Source of the DNA: Tubiluchus corallicola
Lineage: Eukaryota > Animalia > Priapulida
Reading direction: 5' to 3'
Length of the DNA stretch: 64,000 nucleotides
NCBI GenBank assembly: GCA_030141605.1
Contig: JAQGDQ010002392.1
Coordinates: forward strand, 62,001-126,000
Both the position numbers and the translations under genes were made by a program. This document shows, one piece after another, positions 9,180 through 19,721 of the stretch. Positions within the stretch are counted from its first letter, which is position 1. Each line of letters begins with the position of its first letter. The notes beneath the pieces were generated by a model. It worked only from the letters and a program-made list of their open reading frames with translations. It searched no databases and was not told the origin of the DNA.

Positions 9180-10013
9180 ATGAATTCCGCTGGTATTCTA
9201 AAAAAAATCGGTAAAATAAAATTTATAGACAAAGGAAATTTTTTTCTGCTTGGAGGTCCTTGTGTGGTAGAGAGCGAAAAACTTTGTATGGAAGTGGCAG
9301 AAAAGATTGTAGCTATTACAGATAAATTGAAAATTCCTTATATATTCAAGGCTTCATTTCGTAAAGCTAATCGTTCGCGTATAGACTCTTTCACTGGTAT
9401 TGGAGACGAAAAAGCTTTGAAAGTACTAAAAAAGATAAGCAACACCTATCATATTCCTGTAGTTACTGATATACACAGTGTAAAAGATGCGGAGCTATCT
9501 GCCAAATATGTGGATATGTTGCAAATCCCAGCCTTTCTTTGTAGACAAACAGATTTATTGGTAGCCGCTGCAAAAACAGACAAAGTGATAAATATTAAAA
9601 AAGGACAATTTTTATCGGCTACTTCAATGAGATTTGCTGTAGACAAAGTAATACAATCTGGCAACGACAAAGTAATACTTACAGATAGAGGGACTGTATT
9701 TGGCTATCAAGACTTAATAGTAGACTATCGCGGAATACCTGAAATGCAAGCAATGGGCGTTCCCGTTGTAATAGATGCTACCCACTCACTGCAAGAGCCG
9801 AACCAGCCTTCGGGTGTCTCAGGAGGAAAACCCGAACTGATTGAAACCATTGCTCGTGCTGGCATATCCGTAGGAGCCGACGGTATTTTTATTGAAACAC
9901 ATCCCAACCCTTCTGTGGCTAAATCAGATGGTGCCAATATGCTACACCTAGACTATTTAGAAAATTTATTAGAACGATTGGTGGCTATAAGAAAAGTGGT
10001 GAATTCCTTTTAA
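9180..10013 (+). CDS. kdsA: KDO-8-phosphate synthase
   Basis: GGPCVVES, FKASFRKANRS, QIPAFLCRQTDL, NIKKGQF, DATHSLQ, ETHP.P..AKSDG. Confidence 0.96.
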   Translation: MNSAGILKKIGKIKFIDKGNFFLLGGPCVVESEKLCMEVAEKIVAITDKLKIPYIFKASFRKANRSRIDSFTGIGDEKALKVLKKISNTYHIPVVTDIHSVKDAELSAKYVDMLQIPAFLCRQTDLLVAAAKTDKVINIKKGQFLSATSMRFAVDKVIQSGNDKVILTDRGTVFGYQDLIVDYRGIPEMQAMGVPVVIDATHSLQEPNQPSGVSGGKPELIETIARAGISVGADGIFIETHPNPSVAKSDGANMLHLDYLENLLERLVAIRKVVNSF

Positions 10014-10106
10014 GCTTAAATACACTTTATATGTTTAAGCTAATAATTAAATACCGTTCTCCTGAAAAATGCTAATATATTTGTCAAATTATAATAAAAC
10101 AAAGTT

Positions 10107-12773
10107 ATGAATTTTATGAAAAAGTTTTTTTATCTATGTACCTTAAGTCTTATTGTTTTGTGTAGTTGTTCTGAACAACACCTTATCAAAGATAAAACCT
10201 TGAGAAAACAGATTCATCAAGATTTTTCAGAACGAAAAAAGAAAATTTCCAACGAAGAAGTATGGCAAATATTTAAAAATAAGAATTTAACTCCACAAGA
10301 ACGAGAAGCCTTAGAGTTTTTGTATGCTTATATGCCATTGAACGATATGGCAGATTATGACGGAGAGTTTTTCTTAAAACAAGTTCAAACAGCTTTAAAA
10401 GCAAAAGAAACTTTTAAATGGGGTGAAGAAATTTCGGACGATTTGTTCCTTTATTTTGTCCTTCCTTATAGGGTTAGTAATGAAAACCTTGATTCTGCCC
10501 GCACAGTATTCTTTAAAGAAATAAAACCTCGTGTAGAAAATTTAGATTTGAGAGAAGCCATTTTAGAAGTCAACCACTGGTCTCACGAAAAAGTAAGCTA
10601 CCAAGCATCTGATAGACGTACATCGTCTCCTCTTGCTACACAAAAGAACGCCTTAGGACGTTGTGGTGAAGAAACCGTTTTTACTGTTGCTGCTTTGAGG
10701 GCTGTAGGAATTCCATCACGTCAAGTATATACACCACGTTGGGCTCATACCGACAACAATCACGCTTGGGTAGAAGCTTGGGCTAATGGCACATGGCACT
10801 ATTTTGGTGCTTGTGAACCTTCTCCCGATTTGAATATGGGATGGTTTACAAACCCTACTAAACAAGCTATGCTAACTCACACCAAAACCTTTGGAAACTA
10901 CCAAGGACCAGAAAATGTTTCAAAAAGAACTCAATACTATACGGAAATTAACACACTTAGTCATTACACTAAAACAAAAAATATATATGTGCAAGTGGTA
11001 GATGCAGCCAACAAGCCCGTTGAAGCTACTGTTGGGTTCTACGTATATAATCACGCTGAATTTTCTCCTCTTTTCAGACAAGAGACTAATTCTGATGGAA
11101 TATGCGAATTTACCACAGGACTGGGAGACTTGTTGATATGGGCTAACAAAGAAACTGAGTATGGATATGAAAAAATTTCGGTAAGCGAAATTGATACAGT
11201 TCTAATAGCATTGAACAGAAATGATAATACTGAAAAAGAATATATTTTAGAATACAATATACACCCACCTACTGATGAAAACTTTGGTAGCCTTGTACCT
11301 CCTAATGTTACTGCTGAACAAGAGCAGCAAAACAACATAAGATTAGAAAGAGAGGATTCCATTCGCACAGGTTATGAAAATACTTTTATGACCCAAGAAA
11401 ATGCTTATAAATTGGCACAAAAATATTCATTAGACAAAGAAAGGGTGTGGGGTGTAATGAACAAAAGTAGAGGAAACTGGGAAGAGATACAAAAGTTTAT
11501 TGAAAAAACATCTGTCGATAAAAGAGAATGGATACTTCCTTTTTTGGAAGTAGTAGCAGAGAAGGATTTGCACGATATGACACAAAAAATAGCAGCAGCA
11601 GAATTTAAAAGAGCATTCACTTACTTCGATGCTAAGTTAGATAAGGATATGTTCACTAAATACATATTAAATCCCCGTGTAAGAAATGAAATGATAGTGT
11701 CTTACAAAAACCATTTCCAAGAAAAACTACCTCAAAACTTCCAAAAAGAAGCAAGACAAAACCCAGAAGTCTTGTTCAACTTTGTAAAAGAAAATGTAAA
11801 GATAGACAAAGGAGAAGTGTTCTACACTTGCCCCATTACTCCTATTGGAGTACATAAGTTAATGCTATCTGATGCAATATCAAGAGACATTTATTTTGTA
11901 GCTCTTTGTAGAAGTTTAGGAATTCCTGCACGTTTAGCTGAAGGAACAGAAACACCACAATATTATTTCAACCAGCAGTGGTATAATGCTAACTTTGTTG
12001 CCAATGAATCACCTACAAAAATAGAAGAAGGCTTTTTGCAGTTGCAACACAATATTGCAAGCGGCGAGCTAGAACCTAAGTATAGGCAACATTTTTCATT
12101 AGCCAAGTTTGACGATGGTGTTTATAAAACATTAAAATACCCATTTGCACAAACAGTCAAAAAATTTCCTAAAAACATTCCACTAGAAGAGGGAAGCTAT
12201 CTTTTAGTTACAGGCAATAGAATGAAAGACGGCTCAGTATTGTCATATTTAAACTTTTTTGCTATTAAACCTAATACTACTAAAAAAATAGCAATGAAAA
12301 TAAGAACTTCTTCTGCTTTGGATGAATATATTTATGGAAATTTGGACACAAAATTATCCGTGTTCTCTTTTGAAAATAAAGAAGAGAAAAAGATAAACGA
12401 CCTATTCTCAAAACCCAATACTATCCTAATGTGGTTAGAACCAGATAGAGAGCCAACAAAACACGTTTTGAACGATTTGAAGGCTTTGTACAATGAATTT
12501 AACGAATGGGGTGGAGATATAGCACTACTATTGCACAAAGATAAAATTACCTCTTCTTTCAAACCAATAGATGGGCTACCAGTAAAAGGTAAATTCTATA
12601 TGGACGAAGAAAAAAATGTTTCTAAAGCAGTTGCCCAGAGCACAGAAAAAGACTTAGTAGAATATCCTATCATATTGGTATTAAATAACAAAGGAGAGAT
12701 AAGCTTTTTATCGCAAGGCTATAAAATTGGCTTGGGCGAACAAGTTCTCAAAATAGTAAACGCCAATAATTAA
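10107..12773 (+). CDS. Transglutaminase-like domain lipoprotein
   Basis: Lipobox-like LCSC. Catalytic-type GRCGEE...ALRAVGIPSRQVYTPRWAHTDNNHAWVEAW, plus a second degenerate TGase-like domain (VALCRSLGIPARL). Confidence 0.85.
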   Translation: MNFMKKFFYLCTLSLIVLCSCSEQHLIKDKTLRKQIHQDFSERKKKISNEEVWQIFKNKNLTPQEREALEFLYAYMPLNDMADYDGEFFLKQVQTALKAKETFKWGEEISDDLFLYFVLPYRVSNENLDSARTVFFKEIKPRVENLDLREAILEVNHWSHEKVSYQASDRRTSSPLATQKNALGRCGEETVFTVAALRAVGIPSRQVYTPRWAHTDNNHAWVEAWANGTWHYFGACEPSPDLNMGWFTNPTKQAMLTHTKTFGNYQGPENVSKRTQYYTEINTLSHYTKTKNIYVQVVDAANKPVEATVGFYVYNHAEFSPLFRQETNSDGICEFTTGLGDLLIWANKETEYGYEKISVSEIDTVLIALNRNDNTEKEYILEYNIHPPTDENFGSLVPPNVTAEQEQQNNIRLEREDSIRTGYENTFMTQENAYKLAQKYSLDKERVWGVMNKSRGNWEEIQKFIEKTSVDKREWILPFLEVVAEKDLHDMTQKIAAAEFKRAFTYFDAKLDKDMFTKYILNPRVRNEMIVSYKNHFQEKLPQNFQKEARQNPEVLFNFVKENVKIDKGEVFYTCPITPIGVHKLMLSDAISRDIYFVALCRSLGIPARLAEGTETPQYYFNQQWYNANFVANESPTKIEEGFLQLQHNIASGELEPKYRQHFSLAKFDDGVYKTLKYPFAQTVKKFPKNIPLEEGSYLLVTGNRMKDGSVLSYLNFFAIKPNTTKKIAMKIRTSSALDEYIYGNLDTKLSVFSFENKEEKKINDLFSKPNTILMWLEPDREPTKHVLNDLKALYNEFNEWGGDIALLLHKDKITSSFKPIDGLPVKGKFYMDEEKNVSKAVAQSTEKDLVEYPIILVLNNKGEISFLSQGYKIGLGEQVLKIVNANN

Positions 12774-12799
12774 AGTTAGAAAGAACAAATTTTATAACA

Positions 12800-12839
12800 A
12801 TACAAAAAAAGAACGCAAATTTGCGTTCTTTTTTTGTAT
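12800..12839. terminator. Bidirectional terminator (perfect 40-bp palindrome)
   Basis: atacaaaaaaagaacgcaaatttgcgttctttttttgtat, between convergent genes. Confidence 0.85.
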
Positions 12840-12885
12840 AATAATAGCGAGAAAAAGTTACTGCTTAGCCATAATCGTCTTAGTC

Positions 12886-14153
12886 TTATAGTTGTAGCAA
12901 TGTTTTTTCTTCATCTTGTCCTCCAAGTAACATCTTGTAAGGACTTTCTATCATTTGTTTCACTTTGAAAAGAAAAGTTACAGAATCCTTACCATCTATT
13001 ATTCTATGGTCGTAAGATAAAGCAACATACATCATTGGACGTATTTCAACTTTACCATTGATGGCCACAGGACGCTCTACAATATTGTGCATACCAAGTA
13101 TAGCAGACTGTGGCGGGTTGATAATAGGTGTTGAAAGCAGTGAACCAAATACACCCCCATTGGTAATAGTAAATGTGCCACCCGTCATTTCTTCTATGGA
13201 AAGTTTCTTGTCGCGAGCCTTTTGAGCCAATTGTTGTATGGCTTGCTCTGTTTGAGGTATTGTAAGGCTTTCTGCATTTTTCACTATTGGCACCATTAGT
13301 CCTTTGGGAGTTTGCACAGCAATACCTACATCGCTATATTGATGACGTATAATTTCCTCTCCGTCTATCATTGCATTAACATTAGGATGCTGCTGCAAAG
13401 CCATAGCAGCTGCCTTAGTAAAAAAGGACATAAAGCCCAATTTGATATTATGCGTATTTTGAAACTGTTTCTGATACTTCTTACGTAAAGCCATTACATT
13501 GCTCATATCTATTTCATTGAATGTAGTGAGCATTGCAGTTTCATTTTTAACTGCTACAAGGCGTTTACTTAGCTTTCTTCGCAGAGCTGTCATTCTTTCT
13601 CTCTCCTCGCTGCGAGATTTTTCTCCCGAAATAAAAGAAGTAGCCAACGTTCCCCCTCCCCCCTTGTTATTTGCTACTACTTCTACATCTTTTTTAGTTA
13701 TTTTTCTTAGTCCCGCTACAACATCTTCTACCGACAAATTATACTCCTCCATCAACTTTTGAGCAAGTGGTGTGGTCTTTACATTTTCAAGTTCCGTTCC
13801 GTAGGCTTAGAAGATTGTTCAGAAACGTTTGTAGGTGTTTTCACCTCGGACAGTGCTGTTTTCTGCTCTGTTTCTTGAATAACATTTTGCTCAGGATGAG
13901 CGGGTGCTTCTTTTTCGAAGGCTGTATCTATACTACAAACAAGACTACCTACTGGTATCGTCTCTCCTTCAGTAGCAATTATTTTTATCTTTCCGGCTGC
14001 TTCTGCAGCAAGTTCAAGGGTAGCTTTGTCCGATTCTACTTCCGCTATCTGCTGCCCTTTTGCAACAATATCACCATCAGCAACAAGCCAAGAAGCTACT
14101 TCTACTTCTGATATTGACTCTCCCGGACTAGGTGCTTTTATTTCAACTATCAT
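12886..14153 (-). pseudogene. sucB: 2-oxoglutarate dehydrogenase E2 (dihydrolipoyl succinyltransferase), frameshifted into lipoyl and catalytic ORFs
   Basis: ORF 13779-14153 is the lipoyl domain (EVESDKATLE). ORF 12886-13755 is the catalytic domain ([33 protein letters not shown]). A tandem gttcc-gttcc at 13791-13800 causes the shift, which could be a sequence error. Confidence 0.85.
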
Positions 14154-14254
14154 TTTTTTGTATCTTTAATTGCAAAACTATATTAAAAATAAAAATTTGA
14201 AAACTTATATGCAGTTTTACGCCTATTTACAGAAACACCTAAATACAGCATTAC

Positions 14255-17032
14255 TTACAATAAGTTTTTTATTTGTATTCCATTATATTTCTCTTCCTTG
14301 CAATTTAACACACAATACTTATACTGCCTCCCACAACCACAAGTCTTAAATACTTTATGTATTATATCCTTTTGGGCTATTTCGTGTAATTCACTTAACC
14401 CTGCCGCAGGACTTCCGCTAGCCTCTCTAGCTATAGGTATTAAATTCAACTCGCTTAATTCTCTATTTACATAGCTCCACGCTCCCATATTGATAGGCTC
14501 CTCTTGCACCCAATAACAAAAGTCAGTAGATTGAGTGTATTGACTCAATACTTGCAACAATTCCTGCTTGGGCAAGGGGTGAAGCTGGTCTATACGTATT
14601 AAGGCTATATCAGTAGCTTGCAATTCTTCCTTTTTCTCCAATAGTTCATAGTAAAACTTTCCAGAGCAAAGGATTATTTTTTTAACGTTTTCCGTCTTTA
14701 CATTGTGGTCATCTGCAATGGCTTGAAACTCTCCTTTTTCCAAATCATCAAGAGAAGAAACACATCTTGGATGTCTTAATAAGCTCTTAGGCGTAAATAT
14801 TATTAAAGGACTTTTTTCCTTTTTATATATTTGTTTTCTCAACAGGTGAAAGAGATTGGCAGGTGTCGAGCAATTGGCAATAGTCATATTACCATTCGAA
14901 GCAAGAGACAAAAAGCGTTCTATCCTAGCGCTAGAATGCTCCGCACCTTGTCCTTCGTAACCGTGAGGCAAATACAGTACCAAACCATTTTGCAAGTCCC
15001 ATTTTTCCTTAGCAGAACTAATATACTGGTCTATGATAACTTGTGCTACATTATGAAAATCGCCAAATTGTGCCTCCCATATAGTAAGGCCATAAGGTGT
15101 AGCGAGAGCATAGCCATAATCAAAACCAAGTACCCCATATTCTGACAATAACGAATTGTAAATTTCAAAAGATGCTTGTTTTGAGCTTAAATGCTGTAAT
15201 GGCGTGTAAGTTTCGTCCGCATCCTCTTGCGTATGAACCGCGTGTCGATGGGAAAAAGTTCCTCTTTCACAATCTTGACCGCTGATACGCACAGGATGCC
15301 CCTCCTCTAGAAGCGAACCATAAGCGAGCAGCTCACACATTGCCCAGTCCAAAACGTTCTCTTCTATCATTTTATTCCTATCATTGAGCAGTTTCTTTAT
15401 CTTCTTAAAGAACTTTCTATCCTTTGGCAGGGTATTTATCTTATGAGCTATTTCTATAAGCTTGCTTTTTTTTACACCCTTTTTTTTGTTTATTAGTTTT
15501 GAATGCTCTCCATTTTCTTCCTTCAAGAACGTTTGTATTTGAACTTTTTGAATCTTTTTAGATTGTTTATACTTCTCATCTAAATAATCATCATATTCTT
15601 GTTGAAGTCCCTGTATTTTTTCCTTAGTATATATACTTTCCTTTATAAGCTGTTGGCTATAAACATCTCTTGGGTTAGGATGTTTTTTAATGATACTATA
15701 CAACAATGGTTGCGTAAAACGAGGCTCATCGCCTTCGTTGTGTCCATACTTTCGGTAGCCAAGCATATCTATAAATACATCCTTGTTGAACCTTTGCCTA
15801 AATTGCATTGCCAACTGTATGGTATAAACGAGAGCCTCCACATCATCGGCGTTCACGTGAAATACTGGAGAACGAGTTACTTTTGCTACATCAGTACAAT
15901 AAGTGCTTGAACGTCCATCTAAATAGTTGGTAGTAAACCCCACCTGATTGTTGACAATAAGGTGTATTGTCCCTCCCGTTTTATAGCCCTTCAACTGAGA
16001 CATTTGCACCACTTCATAAACCACACCTTGCCCTGCTATAGCAGCATCTCCGTGTATGATAATTGGTATTGCCTTATCTATATCCCCATCATAGCATTTA
16101 TCTATTCTAGCTCTTGCTATACCTGTTGCTACTGGCCCTACGGCTTCAAGATGCGAAGGATTAGGAACAAGATTGAGTTTTACCTTCTTATTGTTTCCTG
16201 TACTTATTGTGTTACTATACCCCAAATGATATTTTACATCTCCAAGAGTAATATGCTCTTCATAGTTTTTTCCTTCAAACTCGTGCAAAAGATGTTCTAT
16301 GGGTTTCTGTATCACATTTGCCAACACATTGAGACGCCCCCTATGTGGCATCCCTATGATAAATTCCTCTATACCCAGTTCTGCTCCTTTTTCTATAAGA
16401 GAATTTAATGCAGGAATAAGGGTCTCCACCCCCTCTATGGAAAAACGTTTTTGTCCTACATACTTTTTGTGAATATAGCTTTCAAAGCCCGAAGCCTTTT
16501 TCAGTAAATCATATATATGCTTTTTCTGTTGAGGCGTAAAATGAGGAGTGTTTTTCTCCTTTTCCATTAGTGTTCTCAACCACTTTACTGTTTTAGGTCT
16601 TCGCATATAAACATACTCAACCCCTACCGATTTACAGTAAGTAATTTGAAGATGCTTGATAATATTTTCAAGTGTTGCCTTCCCTATACCTATAGTTTCA
16701 CCAGCCATAAACTCCACCTGCAAGTCAGCTTCCGTCAGCCCAAAGTTTTCTATATCCAATGTAGGTGTATATTGTCTGCGAGTTCTTACAGGGTTGGTTT
16801 TGGTAAACAAATGCCCCCTTTGGCGGTAAGCATAGATAAGGTTAATGACTTTGAATTCCTTGTTGTCAAAGTCCGTAGCAGGATCAGGATAATGCTGCTG
16901 TGCAAACTGAAAGCCTTTGAAAAAATCTGCCCACGACGTTTCTACAGATTTAGGGTCTTGTTGATACTGTTTATATAATTCCTCTATCGTTGTAATATCA
17001 TTATTACTTATGTAGGAATATTTATCGTCCAT
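14255..17032 (-). CDS. sucA: 2-oxoglutarate dehydrogenase E1 component
   Basis: KRFSIEG, GMPHRGRLNVL, GDVKYHLG, NPSHLEAV, HGDAAIAGQG, WEAQFGDF, LPHGYEGQGAEHSSARIERFL. Confidence 0.97.
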   Translation of the reverse strand: MDDKYSYISNNDITTIEELYKQYQQDPKSVETSWADFFKGFQFAQQHYPDPATDFDNKEFKVINLIYAYRQRGHLFTKTNPVRTRRQYTPTLDIENFGLTEADLQVEFMAGETIGIGKATLENIIKHLQITYCKSVGVEYVYMRRPKTVKWLRTLMEKEKNTPHFTPQQKKHIYDLLKKASGFESYIHKKYVGQKRFSIEGVETLIPALNSLIEKGAELGIEEFIIGMPHRGRLNVLANVIQKPIEHLLHEFEGKNYEEHITLGDVKYHLGYSNTISTGNNKKVKLNLVPNPSHLEAVGPVATGIARARIDKCYDGDIDKAIPIIIHGDAAIAGQGVVYEVVQMSQLKGYKTGGTIHLIVNNQVGFTTNYLDGRSSTYCTDVAKVTRSPVFHVNADDVEALVYTIQLAMQFRQRFNKDVFIDMLGYRKYGHNEGDEPRFTQPLLYSIIKKHPNPRDVYSQQLIKESIYTKEKIQGLQQEYDDYLDEKYKQSKKIQKVQIQTFLKEENGEHSKLINKKKGVKKSKLIEIAHKINTLPKDRKFFKKIKKLLNDRNKMIEENVLDWAMCELLAYGSLLEEGHPVRISGQDCERGTFSHRHAVHTQEDADETYTPLQHLSSKQASFEIYNSLLSEYGVLGFDYGYALATPYGLTIWEAQFGDFHNVAQVIIDQYISSAKEKWDLQNGLVLYLPHGYEGQGAEHSSARIERFLSLASNGNMTIANCSTPANLFHLLRKQIYKKEKSPLIIFTPKSLLRHPRCVSSLDDLEKGEFQAIADDHNVKTENVKKIILCSGKFYYELLEKKEELQATDIALIRIDQLHPLPKQELLQVLSQYTQSTDFCYWVQEEPINMGAWSYVNRELSELNLIPIAREASGSPAAGLSELHEIAQKDIIHKVFKTCGCGRQYKYCVLNCKEEKYNGIQIKNLL

Positions 17033-17159
17033 TTTTAGCTAAATAGTATAGTTTTTTTGACTATTCCTTTTTTTGATACATAAGAGAATTTTGACTTAAA
17101 AACAATAATGTAGAGAGTCATATATTTATGGCTATATCTTTTAAATATATTATAACACA

Positions 17160-18551
17160 TTATATATGTATCACTTCTCCATAAGCAGCAGCAGCAGCTT
17201 CCATTATAGCTTCACTCATTGTGGGGTGTGGATGTATAGACTTTATCATTTCTTGCCCCGTAGTTTCAAGATTACGAGCCACCACTATTTCCGCTATCAT
17301 TTCTGTTACATTTGCCCCTATCATATGAGCTCCTATCAGCTCGCCATATTTACTATCAAAAATCAGTTTTATAAATCCCTCTTTATGTCCTGCAGCACTA
17401 GCTTTCCCTGATGCAGTAAAGGGAAACTTTCCTACCTTTATGTCTAAGCCTTGCTCCTTAGCCTTTTGCTCTGTAAGTCCCACAGATGCTACTTCTGGAG
17501 AGGTATATACGCAGCCAGGTATATTGTCGTAACGAACAACTGGAGGGTTGTGCCCTGCTATCTTCTCTACACAGGTAATGCCCTCTGCCGATGCTACGTG
17601 TGCAAGTGCAGGAGTATCTATCACATCTCCTATAGCATAAACGCCCTCTACATTCGTCTTATAATAATCGTCTACTTTTATTTTCCCATTCTCTACTTGT
17701 ATTCCTAACTCTTCTAAGCCTATATTTTCTATATTAGGAGCTATTCCCACTGCCGAAAGCACAATTTCTGCTTCGTGTGTTTCTTCTCCTTTGGGTGTTT
17801 TTACAGTTATTTTACATTGATTTCCAGTGGTATCTACCTTCTCTACTGCTGATTGAGTCAGAACTTTAATACCTTGTTTTTTAAAAGATTTTTCAATCTC
17901 TTTTGAAACATCTTTATCTTCTATTGGCATAATATTAGGCATATACTCTACAAGTGTTACCTCCGTGCCTATAGCATTATAAAAATAGGCAAATTCGCTT
18001 CCTATGGCTCCCGACCCTACTATAAGCATTGTTTTAGGTTGCTTTTTAAGAGATAAAGCTTGCTTATATCCTATTATTTTTTTACCATCTTGCGATAGGT
18101 TAGGCAGTTCACGAGACCTAGCTCCAGTAGCTATCACTATGTGCTTAGCAGTGTATTCTTTTACCCCTCCCTCACTTTCTGCCACCTCTACAGTATTATT
18201 ACTTTTTAACTTTCCTACACCTCTAATATGCTCTATTTTATTCTTTTTGAACAAAAATTGTATTCCCTTGCTCATACCATCAGCAACGCCTCTACTTCTT
18301 CTTACCACTTTCTCAAAATCAGCTTTAGCTTCTCCTTTTATCTCTATCCCATAGTCAGAAGCATGTTGCATATAACTATACACTTGGGCACTCTTCAATA
18401 AAGATTTAGTGGGAATACACCCCCAGTTAAGGCAAATACCTCCAAGGTGAGTAGATTCTACAACTGCCACTTTCATCCCAAGCTGCGAAGCTCTAATAGC
18501 CGTAACATACCCTCCAGGACCACTTCCTATTATTATTATATCATAATTCAT
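17160..18551 (-). CDS. lpdA: Dihydrolipoyl dehydrogenase (E3)
   Basis: GSGPGGY, GGICLNWGCIPTK redox disulfide, HPHPTMSE. Confidence 0.97.
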   Translation of the reverse strand: MNYDIIIIGSGPGGYVTAIRASQLGMKVAVVESTHLGGICLNWGCIPTKSLLKSAQVYSYMQHASDYGIEIKGEAKADFEKVVRRSRGVADGMSKGIQFLFKKNKIEHIRGVGKLKSNNTVEVAESEGGVKEYTAKHIVIATGARSRELPNLSQDGKKIIGYKQALSLKKQPKTMLIVGSGAIGSEFAYFYNAIGTEVTLVEYMPNIMPIEDKDVSKEIEKSFKKQGIKVLTQSAVEKVDTTGNQCKITVKTPKGEETHEAEIVLSAVGIAPNIENIGLEELGIQVENGKIKVDDYYKTNVEGVYAIGDVIDTPALAHVASAEGITCVEKIAGHNPPVVRYDNIPGCVYTSPEVASVGLTEQKAKEQGLDIKVGKFPFTASGKASAAGHKEGFIKLIFDSKYGELIGAHMIGANVTEMIAEIVVARNLETTGQEMIKSIHPHPTMSEAIMEAAAAAYGEVIHI

Positions 18552-18638
18552 TGCTGATAACTGTTTTTTATGATTACTGATTAGTTCCTTTAAAATACAA
18601 ATATATCAATCCTATTTATATTTCCATATTTTTTTCTT

Positions 18639-19682
18639 TTATCTTCTTTTGGGATATGAAGGATTTTGGGTTCCAAAACCTTGAGTAGGGCAAGGAATAG
18701 GAAGTCCAATTTTCTTTCTTTCATCTGTTCTAAAGCTATAAGTAAGCACTATCTCGTGTGACCCCCCTGTTTCCCTTGCTATATTAGAGAGTGTAAAATC
18801 ATAACTGTACGACACTCTAAGTTTCGTCCACGCATAACCAAATATTACTATTAGAGCCTCACCTGTAAATGAGCTAACGCCATCAGCTTTATTAGCAGGT
18901 ATTCCCCTATACCAAAGCCCAATATCTACATTGTTATAATTATAATATGTTCCTAGACTAAGTTGGTTGTAATCGCCCTGATGCCAATAAGTAAAAGCAG
19001 CTGTTATACTTTTTTTTGTTGCTTGAGAGAAATATGAAGTGGGTGACAAGTTAAACTTCCATCCTCCAAGAAACGACACCTTCACAGGCAATGAGCTTTC
19101 TATACCAGAAACACTTGTTTCTGTTTGAGTAAGATGTTTAAAACTTAGCCCCACCCAGTAGTCGGGAGAATAAACTAGCGCAGATACAGAAGCATCAAAG
19201 AAGTTTCTATTTTCTATCTCCAAAGATTCTACCGAGCCATCTAAAATATCTCCATCTTCGGTTATTTGGTCTCCAAAGATTAATTCCGAATTGTTCAAAT
19301 TACCATGAGTAAAAGATAACTCCAATCCCGGGCGAAAATAAAGGTCTTTCCCTATTTTTATGTTATAAGAATATTGTCCAGTCAAGCTAGTATTGCTTAA
19401 TACTCCTGCTCTATCACTCATTATAACAAATCCCACACCACTATTAATATTCGGATAATAAGTATCAAACGACAATATATCCGTAGAGAAAGAAGTAGAA
19501 AGCCCCGCCCATTGCTCCCTATGACTTAATATAAGTCTTGGCACATCGTACAGCCCAGCAAAAGAAGGTGCAAGATAAAGAGGCTGTGCATAATACTGGG
19601 ATATAATAGGATCTTGGGTATATCCGTCATTAACCTTAAAAATTAAAATAGGAAGTAATAATAGTATAATTTTTTTTTCCAT
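18639..19682 (-). CDS. Type IX secretion system membrane protein, PorP/SprF family
   Basis: QDP..SQYYA.PLYL.PSFAG, R.QW.GL, LWYRG, YSYDFT.S....TGGSHEI.L.Y. It lies directly downstream of a type-B CTD protein. Confidence 0.92.
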   Translation of the reverse strand: MEKKIILLLLPILIFKVNDGYTQDPIISQYYAQPLYLAPSFAGLYDVPRLILSHREQWAGLSTSFSTDILSFDTYYPNINSGVGFVIMSDRAGVLSNTSLTGQYSYNIKIGKDLYFRPGLELSFTHGNLNNSELIFGDQITEDGDILDGSVESLEIENRNFFDASVSALVYSPDYWVGLSFKHLTQTETSVSGIESSLPVKVSFLGGWKFNLSPTSYFSQATKKSITAAFTYWHQGDYNQLSLGTYYNYNNVDIGLWYRGIPANKADGVSSFTGEALIVIFGYAWTKLRVSYSYDFTLSNIARETGGSHEIVLTYSFRTDERKKIGLPIPCPTQGFGTQNPSYPKRR

Positions 19683-19721
19683 TCTAAAAGTAAACCTAGT
19701 TATACCAATCCTTTTATGTTT

